From Cyanobium sp. WAJ14-Wanaka (lineage in GTDB: Bacteria > Cyanobacteriota > Cyanobacteriia > PCC-6307 > Cyanobiaceae): a DNA stretch of 32,000 bases. The notes below the pieces were generated by a model. The model ran no database searches and was not told the origin of the DNA. It saw only the letters and a list, made by a program, of their open reading frames with translations. Shown piece by piece: positions 19,188-25,178 of the stretch. The position numbers and the translations under genes were made by a program. The DNA lies in assembly GCF_024345375.1 (NCBI RefSeq), contig NZ_JAGQAZ010000001.1:870661-902660 (forward strand), written 5' to 3'. The first letter of the stretch is position 1. Each line of letters opens with the position of its first letter.

Positions 19188-19586
19188 TCACCAGAGGATT
19201 TGGCAGGGGAAGGTGGAGAGCTGGGGATCGGCGCTGAGCAGCACCAGATGATCCAGTTCGGCCTGGGCGGCCAGCATGCGATCAAAGGGATCACGGTGGG
19301 GCTGGCTGTAAGCGCCCGCCCGCAGGCCATGGGCCAGGGAGATCGGCAAACCTTCAAAGCCATCGGCCTGCAGTAAACCAGACAGATCGTTGATGGCGCC
19401 GTCCAGTTCGGGCAGCTTGCCCTGGTGGTGCTTGAGGCTGAGCTCCCAGACAGAAGCCGCACTCACCAGCACTGGCGTGGCTGGGTTGCTGAGCAGCTCG
19501 CGCACTGCGGTGGAGAGGCGATCGGGATCAAACCACCACCACAGCAAAGCGTGGCTGTCGAGCAAATAGGACTCGCTACTGCTCAT
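19188..19586 (-). CDS. vapC: VapC PIN-domain toxin (second module)
   Basis: SYLLDSHALLWWWFDPDRLS...SAASVWELSLKHHQGKL...PHRDPFDRMLAAQAELDHLVLLSADPQL is the typical PIN (VapC) pattern. It overlaps the antitoxin stop by 4 nt. Confidence 0.9.
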   Translation of the reverse strand: MSSSESYLLDSHALLWWWFDPDRLSTAVRELLSNPATPVLVSAASVWELSLKHHQGKLPELDGAINDLSGLLQADGFEGLPISLAHGLRAGAYSQPHRDPFDRMLAAQAELDHLVLLSADPQLSTFPCQILW

Positions 19587-19852
19587 GGCTGCGGCACCTC
19601 AGCCAGCAGGGGGCTCGATTCCCAGAGCTCCAGCTCACTGGGGTCGATGGGTTCGAGCAGCACGTTGGGCTGGCTGAGGGGACCCCGGCTGCGCAACCGG
19701 CCAGGGATGCGCTGGGGAACCGGCGGCGCCAGGGGCATCAGCCGCGCCCAGGGTTTGCCGGCCTTGGCGAGCACGATGGTTTCACCGGCATGGGCCTCAT
19801 CGATCAGGCGCGACAGATGGGTTTTGGCCTGGTGCACGTTCACCATTCGCAT
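19583..19852 (-). CDS. Phd/YefM-family antitoxin (second module)
   Basis: MRMVNVHQAKTHLSRLIDEAHAGETIVLAKAGKPWARLMPL. The start is set at the Met giving the canonical MRxVNxHEAKTHLS opening, with GGGGGA upstream. The track ORF extends to 19903. Confidence 0.88.
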   Translation of the reverse strand: MRMVNVHQAKTHLSRLIDEAHAGETIVLAKAGKPWARLMPLAPPVPQRIPGRLRSRGPLSQPNVLLEPIDPSELELWESSPLLAEVPQP

Positions 19853-19882
19853 GGAATCCCCCTGCATGGCACCCTCTGCCAT

Positions 19883-19914
19883 TAACTGAGTTAGTTTAGC
19901 CATGGACTAAGTCC
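19883..19914. promoter_or_regulatory. Two related 11-nt palindromes (TAACTgAGTTA and GGACTaAGTCC) 21 nt apart, candidate operators of the second phd/vapC module
   Basis: Read directly at 19883-19893 and 19904-19914. They share an ACTnAGT core and lie 31-62 nt upstream of the chosen antitoxin start. Confidence 0.35.
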
Positions 19915-20167
19915 ACTGTCATCTGGACTGCAGGACATGCTCTTGCTACTGGTGTAGGGCCTCGGTCAGGGCTCCCAGCGCCTCCTGGTGGAGGAAGGCC
20001 GGGTGCTGATCGAAAAGGAACCCACGGAGGGATCGCCTGGCAGCGAAGGCCTGCAACGGCTGCCAGGGCCCACGCCGACTACGGAGCTCAGGGCGGTTCG
20101 CGACACACCGTGCTGGCCTTTCCTGGCCTGCGGCTGATCAGTCCATCGCCAGATTGACCAGCTGCTG

Positions 20168-20303
20168 GGCCCCTATCTCCCAAAAGGCGAAACACCAAAA
20201 CCGTTGCGTAGAAGAGATGCTGCGCCAAGCCGGGACCAAAGCACCAGCGAATGTGCACGCGATCGCTGGCAATAGGTGCGGCGGTGGCTCGTAGCTCTCA
20301 GCG
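20168..20303 (+). repeat. Direct repeat, copy 2 (136 nt)
   Basis: See copy 1. The copies are offset by 1267 bp. Confidence 0.88.
20169..20294 (+). pseudogene. 5'-truncated copy of gene A (A')
   Basis: APISQKAKHQNRCVEEMLRQAGTKAPANVHAIAGNRCGGGS* is in frame and matches 35 of the 41 C-terminal residues of gene A. No start codon or TM segment lies upstream. Confidence 0.5.
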
Positions 20304-20645
20304 GCTTTTAACGCAGTAGCTGCTGGAGCTGAACCAGCCCAGCGGGCAAGAATTACCGGTTTTCTGGATCGCCTCGCGATTATTGCTGGGGCTGCTGAGG
20401 CAGTAGTTGCCCGAGCCATAAAAGCCCAGGGGGCAGCTGTTGCCGCTTTTCTCAATGGCGCCACGGGTATTGCCGCCCTTACTGGGCACGCAATAGCTGC
20501 CGGAGCTGTAGTAACCGATGGGGCAGCTACCCGCTTTTGGCAGGGGCCGCACCGGCTGCTGGGCCAGGGCGCTGCTGGCAATGGCAGATAGCAGTGTCAA
20601 GGCAGCGGCAGCTGAAAGCCAGATTGGTTTTGGCATGGCTGTCAT
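20298..20645 (-). CDS. Secreted protein with three tandem C-P-x-G-aromatic-x4-5-Y-C repeats, unknown function (gene B)
   Basis: The signal peptide is MTAMPKPIWLSAAAALTLLSAIASSALA-QQP. Three units follow: GSCPIGYYSSGSYC.., NSCPLGFYGSGNYC.., NSCPLGWFSSSSYC. Each has C-x10-C. Confidence 0.65.
   Translation of the reverse strand: MTAMPKPIWLSAAAALTLLSAIASSALAQQPVRPLPKAGSCPIGYYSSGSYCVPSKGGNTRGAIEKSGNSCPLGFYGSGNYCLSSPSNNREAIQKTGNSCPLGWFSSSSYCVKSR
20301..20531 (-). repeat. Three intragenic tandem repeats of about 87-90 nt (codons 39-115 of gene B)
   Basis: The nucleotide repeats are visible directly, for example gggcagctgttgccgc / gggcaagaattaccgg and cagtagttgcc / cagtagctgct / caatagctgcc. Confidence 0.7.
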
Positions 20646-20797
20646 ACGAGATCAGGTCGTGGCTGTTTGAGTGATGCGGCAGAGGCGATTGATCTGCTCG
20701 GCCTGCTCCTTCTTTTGCCAGAACCACAGCTGTGAATGCCCACCACTAATAGCATTTGTCAAATGCTTCATCGAGCACCGTGAGCACCACCATTTAG

Positions 20798-20959
20798 CTC
20801 GTCCCCACCATTGATGCCCGGCTAGAGCTGATCCAACAGGGGATGGATGAACTTGAGGATTCTTACCTGGGTGCCCTGGAAGCTGAGCGGGTGCGAAGGG
20901 GTGAATCAAGCACCCGCTCCATTGATGTCGTGATGCAAGACATTGGGCTGGGCAGTTGA
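20798..20959 (+). pseudogene. C-terminal remnant of a RelB/ParD/Phd-type antitoxin
   Basis: LVPTIDARLELIQQGMDELEDSYLGALEAERVRRGESSTRSIDVVMQDIGLGS* resembles the C-terminal (ED.YL...AE.R...GE....S.DEV....GL) portion of these antitoxins. It is preceded by an in-frame TAG (20795) and has no N-terminal DNA-binding part. Confidence 0.4.
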
Positions 20960-20967
20960 GATTTCCA

Positions 20968-21051
20968 GTGGGTGATTACAGGCTTCTCTGCGAGCTGATG
21001 GTCGAACGGATGATGGTGCTGGAAGCCTGGGATTGGTTGCTTGGGAGCTGA
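20968..21051 (+). pseudogene. C-terminal remnant of a RelE/ParE-family toxin
   Basis: VGDYRLLCELMVERMMVLEAWDWLLGS* contains the hallmark (R)VGDYR(L/I)(I/L)YE motif. Only 27 codons remain, 8 nt after the antitoxin remnant. Confidence 0.4.
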
Positions 21052-21094
21052 GAGCCCCTTCCCTCACTAGAATTGTTCCAATTACGCGGCGAAC

Positions 21095-21328
21095 ATGACC
21101 AATCTGCTCGATCGCATCACCATCCAGCCAGCCATCTGCCACGGCAAGCCCACTATCCGCGGCCTGCGCTACCCAGTTGAGCTTCTGCTCGATCTGCTCG
21201 CCGCTGGGGCCAGCCATCAAGAGATCCTCTCTGATTATCCGGATCTTGAGGACGCTGACATTTGCGCTGCACTGGCCTATGCCGCACAACTGACCCGCGT
21301 GCAGAGTGTTGAACTGCTCTCCGCATGA
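21095..21328 (+). CDS. DUF433-family antitoxin
   Basis: ITIQPAICHGKPTIRGLRYPVELLLDLLAAGASHQEILSDYPDLEDADICAALAYA is the canonical DUF433 pattern. Confidence 0.88.
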   Translation: MTNLLDRITIQPAICHGKPTIRGLRYPVELLLDLLAAGASHQEILSDYPDLEDADICAALAYAAQLTRVQSVELLSA

Positions 21329-21639
21329 ATTCACTGCCGGCTGAAGGTTGCGACACACTGCATACGTTGGATCTTCCGGATGGCAACCGCACACCCGATG
21401 CATTGATTAGCACACTTGCTGATCAACAACAAAGAGTGGTCTTTAGCAAAGATACTGACTTCATCCAGAGCCATCTACTGCAAGGCACGCCGAGGCAGCT
21501 GCTGGTAATCGCCAAAGGCAATATCCGCAATGCAGAGCTCAGCGCACTTGTGCTCAATGCACTTCCTCTTCTAAAAAACCTTTTTGCAGCACACCAACTG
21601 GTTGAGTTGCATCGCTCCGCCATTATCATTCGCCAATAA
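21325..21639 (+). CDS. DUF5615-family (PIN-like/Mut7-C-like) putative toxin, N-terminally short
   Basis: VVFSKDTDFIQSHLL...QLLVIAKGNIRNAELSAL matches DUF5615. It has a 4-nt ATGA overlap with the DUF433 gene. The usual opening (M+FL.DENL) is absent. Confidence 0.78.
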   Translation: MNSLPAEGCDTLHTLDLPDGNRTPDALISTLADQQQRVVFSKDTDFIQSHLLQGTPRQLLVIAKGNIRNAELSALVLNALPLLKNLFAAHQLVELHRSAIIIRQ

Positions 21640-21805
21640 TCCAGCCCATATCTCATCTGCGCAGACGTTGCTGCAATTACAGCTGGCGGCACCCAATACT
21701 TCCCCAAGCAGAAATGTTTTCAATCACGCCCGTGCACTGCAGCTGACGGCCTGATCCGACCAACAGGAGCCCGAGCCTGCTCCCTACCCGGCCAAAGTGG
21801 GGGCA

Positions 21806-21901
21806 ATGAACTCCGAACAGCTCCAGGGCCTGGCCGTGCTCGCTCTGGCAATGGTGCCGGTGGCCCTGCTGTGGTGGATCTGGATCCGGATGCTGCATTA
21901 A
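21806..21901 (+). CDS. Candidate 31-aa hydrophobic peptide
   Basis: MNSEQLQGLAVLALAMVPVALLWWIWIRMLH*. A G-rich tract (gtggggg) lies just upstream of the ATG. One TM helix has a basic C-terminal flank. It is below the ORF-track cutoff. Confidence 0.25.
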   Translation: MNSEQLQGLAVLALAMVPVALLWWIWIRMLH

Positions 21902-22052
21902 CGCTTAAGCCACGTCTCAACCAGGGCCCGTGCCCCCAGCACCGCAAACACCGACACCGCCGCTGTAGCGCCGAGGTCGCCGCCGATCCCCGCCAGCCTG
22001 GGATCAAAACCCCATCCAGTAGGCAATGGAAGAATTCCATGCTGGAAGCCGT

Positions 22053-22403
22053 TTAGGTGGATTGGAATTGCAGCAACTGGTTTTCAAGCCTTTGCTTAAG
22101 GCGGGATTGGACAAGATTGCACAACTGATCGACCAGATCACCCTCGGTTTCCCAAATCGTGCGGACACCATCACGCTCGCAGCGCACCAGGCCCGCCCGC
22201 TGCAGCTGGCCGAGCTGACGGCTGATGTGGGACTGGGAAAAGCCTGTGGCATCAATCAGGGAGACCACATCCATGGCGCCGCCGCGCTTGAGCTGACTGA
22301 GCAACTGCAACCTTGCTGGCTCGCTCAGCAGCCGAAAGAACTGGCTGTATTCCTCCAGCAGCTGGGGGGAGGGCATGGAGATCGGCTCACCCATTGCAAT
22401 CAC
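22053..22403 (-). CDS. ArsR/SmtB-family transcriptional regulator
   Basis: FFRLLSEPARLQLLSQL...VSLIDATGFSQSHISRQLGQLQRAGLVRCERDGVRTIW is a typical ArsR wHTH. Alternative starts lie at 22394 and 22376. The canonical alpha3N (CxC) and alpha5 (DxH...H..E) metal sites are not evident. Confidence 0.85.
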   Translation of the reverse strand: MIAMGEPISMPSPQLLEEYSQFFRLLSEPARLQLLSQLKRGGAMDVVSLIDATGFSQSHISRQLGQLQRAGLVRCERDGVRTIWETEGDLVDQLCNLVQSRLKQRLENQLLQFQST

Positions 22404-22551
22404 CTATGACGATAAAAGCATCATGGCTGGCGCCACCCCGCTTGCACCCCATCTCAGCGACAGGGTGTTCAGGGAGGGGTTTTCTATCCTGCCCATCGGC
22501 TCGGCCTTGATGAGCGGGCTCGAGGCTTGGAAGCGTCAACCCATCCACCTA

Positions 22552-23634
22552 TTAGGTAGTTCGGGATTTCCTCATCCAGGCCAAGGCGCTCCAGGTGACA
22601 AACACCAGCACCGCCGGCAGAACCGCCACCAAAACCACCAGCCGAAATTCATCCACTGCCGCGGGGAGCATATTCAGCACCAGTTGCTCCACCAGATAGA
22701 GGCCATAGAGCCCCAAGAGCAGACCGCCTTCCAGCCTGGTGATCACGCCACCACTCGAGAAAATTGGCACGCAGACCAGGGTGGTGAGCACCATGATCGG
22801 AAAATCCCTAGCCACCATTAGGGGATCAACCCCCAGCCCGCGGGTCCCGGAAACGGTGGCGCAAATCCCCAAGATCACTAATTGGTTGAGCAGATTGCTG
22901 CCGACCACGTTGCCGATCGCCAAATCCGCCTTGCCCCGATAGGCCGCCACCACGGAGGTCACCAGCTCTGGCATCGAGGTGCCCGCTGCCACGATCGTCA
23001 GACCAATAACGGTTTCACTTACCCCCAGCCCGAGGGCTGCAGCGGTGGCCCCTTTCACCAGCAGTTGGGAGCCCCAAATCAACAGCCCCAATCCCGCCGC
23101 CAACTTGATGGCCGCTACGGGGGCAGAAGCCTGGCCTTCGTTTTCAAATTCCTCCTGCACCTCGGCGGGCTCCTCCTTGGCGCTGCGCATTTCCCACAGC
23201 AGGTTCAGCACCGTGCCCGTGAGTAGGGCCAGGCCGGCTTGCCAGGTGAGCCGTCCCCCGGATGCCATTCCCCAGGTGAACATCGAAACCCCCAACAGCA
23301 AGGGCACATCCCGCCTTACCAGGCGACTCTTGACCCGCAGGGGCATCACCAGGGCACTGACCCCCAACACCACCAGCACGTTGAAAATATTGGAGCCCAC
23401 AATGTTGCTAACGGCCAGGGCATCGCCGCCGCTGCCGCCCTGGAGGGTGGAAATAAGGCTTACAAACAGCTCGGGGGCACTGGTGCCAAGCGACACCACC
23501 GTCAGACCAATCACGATCTGGGGGATCCCCAGCAGCAGGGAAATGGCTACGGATCCCGCCACAAACAGCTCGCCGCCGCCAAATAGCAGCAGGATCCCCA
23601 CCACGATCTCAACCAAACTCAAGCCGTAGGCCAT
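22552..23634 (-). CDS. CaCA-family Ca2+/Na+ (cation) antiporter (YrbG type)
   Basis: Both alpha-repeat signatures are present, GTSAPELFVS and GTSMPELVTS. The protein is 360 aa with about 10 TM helices. Confidence 0.92.
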   Translation of the reverse strand: MAYGLSLVEIVVGILLLFGGGELFVAGSVAISLLLGIPQIVIGLTVVSLGTSAPELFVSLISTLQGGSGGDALAVSNIVGSNIFNVLVVLGVSALVMPLRVKSRLVRRDVPLLLGVSMFTWGMASGGRLTWQAGLALLTGTVLNLLWEMRSAKEEPAEVQEEFENEGQASAPVAAIKLAAGLGLLIWGSQLLVKGATAAALGLGVSETVIGLTIVAAGTSMPELVTSVVAAYRGKADLAIGNVVGSNLLNQLVILGICATVSGTRGLGVDPLMVARDFPIMVLTTLVCVPIFSSGGVITRLEGGLLLGLYGLYLVEQLVLNMLPAAVDEFRLVVLVAVLPAVLVFVTWSALAWMRKSRTT

Positions 23635-23664
23635 AGATGGGCTTTGTTTCGGTTCAATTCTGCA

Positions 23665-24993
23665 CTAAGTCTCGGCTGGGATCACAAGCCTCAACAGGAT
23701 TGGAGCCAGGAAGGTGGTGCCGATCACCATCAACAAAATCGCAGCCTCCAGGGCAGGGGTAAGAATCCCAGCCTGGCTACCCAGGCCCAAAAAGATCAGA
23801 CCCACTTCGCCGCGGGGCATCATCCCCAGTCCCACCACGAGTCGATTGGTGGGTTCGGCACTCAAGTAACTCCAGCCAGCGGCCACCTTGCCGGCAATCG
23901 CCACCAAAAGCAGGAAGGCCGCCACGATCAGGCCCTCCCGGTTGGCCGGATCGAAGGGATTGAGCACCGACAGATCTAGGCCGGTGCCGATCAGCACGAA
24001 AAAGACGGTGGCAAACAGGGCCATCAGGGGCTTTACGGCGGCTTCAATGTCGTGGGAGTGCTTGGAGGCGCTGAGGATCAGGCCGGCGGCAAATGCCCCC
24101 AGGGCCGCCTCCAGGCCAATCGCCTGGGCAACAAAACAGCAGAGGGTGAGCACGAGAAAGCTCGCCACCGCCACATCACCTGGGGCCTTGAGCTGGTCCA
24201 CCAGCCAGTCGAAGGCCGGGGCTGCCTTACGACTCAGCACCAGGGCTACGGCCACAAACGCCACCGCCACCAGGCAAAGCTTCAGCACCGGACCCACGCT
24301 GAAGGCCCCCCCACCCACGATCGCAACCACCACCGCCAGGATCACGATGCCGATGATGTCGTCGAGCACGGCAGCGCCGATCACGATTTGGCCCTCACGG
24401 CGCTTAAGCCACTTGAGCTCACCAAACACACTGGCGGTGATCCCGATTGAGGTGGCCGTCATGGCAGCCCCCGCAAACACCGCAGGGATCAGCGGCACAT
24501 GGAATAGGAAGTAGAGGCCGGCCGTACCCAGCACAAAGGGCAGCACCACCCCGGCCACGGCCACCGTGGTGGCCTGCACGCCCACGGCCACCAATTCATC
24601 CAGCTCGCTTTCCAGGCCAGTCAAAAACAGCAGGGCATACAGCCCCAAAAGGGAAACCGACTGCAGGTTTGGGAAGGTTTCGGCATAGATCTCCCGCACC
24701 GCATCCGGGCTGATCTCGGCTAAGGAGGCCAACAGCCCGGCAACTCCCGCACCAATCTGGGCCTGGGTTTCGGGCGGCACAATCAGGTGCAGGCCCGAGA
24801 CGCCGATCAACACGCCGGCCACCAGCTCCCCCAGGATCGTGGGCAGCTGCAGCCGCACCATCACCTCGGCAATGGCCCGGGCGGCAATGAAGATCACCAC
24901 AAAGCGGCCCACCTGAATCAGGGTCTCCGCCACCTCGAGCTGGTGGGAACTGAACTCCAAGAGCAGCGGGGGAATGGGGAACATCAACATCAC
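23665..24993 (-). CDS. CPA2-family monovalent cation:proton antiporter (Na+/H+ or K+/H+ exchanger)
   Basis: A 442-aa polytopic protein with LPTILGELVAGVLIG, GLESELDEL and AAVLDDIIGIVILAVV, typical of Na_H_Exchanger/Kef-type transporters. Confidence 0.88.
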   Translation of the reverse strand: MMLMFPIPPLLLEFSSHQLEVAETLIQVGRFVVIFIAARAIAEVMVRLQLPTILGELVAGVLIGVSGLHLIVPPETQAQIGAGVAGLLASLAEISPDAVREIYAETFPNLQSVSLLGLYALLFLTGLESELDELVAVGVQATTVAVAGVVLPFVLGTAGLYFLFHVPLIPAVFAGAAMTATSIGITASVFGELKWLKRREGQIVIGAAVLDDIIGIVILAVVVAIVGGGAFSVGPVLKLCLVAVAFVAVALVLSRKAAPAFDWLVDQLKAPGDVAVASFLVLTLCCFVAQAIGLEAALGAFAAGLILSASKHSHDIEAAVKPLMALFATVFFVLIGTGLDLSVLNPFDPANREGLIVAAFLLLVAIAGKVAAGWSYLSAEPTNRLVVGLGMMPRGEVGLIFLGLGSQAGILTPALEAAILLMVIGTTFLAPILLRLVIPAET

Positions 24994-25178
24994 ACAATTC
25001 CCAGCTTTATGGGTGAGGGGCGGCGCCAGTTGGGGAGGGGGAACGGCCCGGAGACCGATGCCCTAACCCTGGGCGGCACTGCCTATTGTTCATCGCCAAC
25101 CAATACCTGTAGTAATGACAACCGCTTCGGCGCCGCCGTACTGGTGGGCATCACCCGATCACCTAGAAGCCTGAGTCG

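Larger units (their letters stand above)
16414..21640. other. AT-richer accessory island dominated by toxin-antitoxin modules
   Basis: Spot counts of 60-nt lines give 28/60 and 33/60 G+C at 16741-16860 and 25/60 at 21421-21480. The core lines 1-60 and 10441-10500 give 42/60 and 45/60. Gene content is listed below. No integrase or tRNA is present. Confidence 0.6.

Noticed and set aside
19915-20167. Minus-strand frame ...RGFLFDQHPAFLHQEALGALTEALHQ* as a gene fragment (faint resemblance to C-termini of Rpn/DUF4351-type proteins)
   Set aside because: It is too short and the resemblance too weak to call without a database search. It has no start codon. I left it as unassigned filler of the inserted segment.
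20138-20581. 147-aa minus-strand ORF overlapping gene B in another frame
   Set aside because: Gene B's frame gives a signal peptide and regular Cys repeats. This frame gives Ala/Pro/Arg-rich sequence.
20674-20814. 46-codon Cys/His-rich plus-strand ORF (MRQRRLICSACSFFCQNHSCECPP...EHREHHHLARPHH)
   Set aside because: It has no ribosome-binding site and irregular Cys spacing. It lies in the promoter region of gene B and overlaps the antitoxin remnant. It is more likely chance than a second metal-binding peptide.
20906-21403. 165-aa minus-strand ORF across the RelE stub and the DUF433 gene
   Set aside because: It overlaps an intact DUF433/DUF5615 pair on the other strand and has no recognisable motif. 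The plus-strand interpretation explains the region better.
22053-22403. The ArsR regulator as the metal sensor controlling the metallothionein-like micro-ORF, by analogy to SmtB/SmtA
   Set aside because: It is 3.5 kb away with several unrelated modules between. I could identify no alpha3N or alpha5 metal-ligand residues.
22979-24514. Plus-strand ORFs (22979-23629, 23888-24514 and others) opposite the two antiporter genes
   Set aside because: They are antisense to frames carrying the CaCA alpha-repeat and CPA2 signatures. Their composition is Ser/Thr/Pro/Arg-rich.
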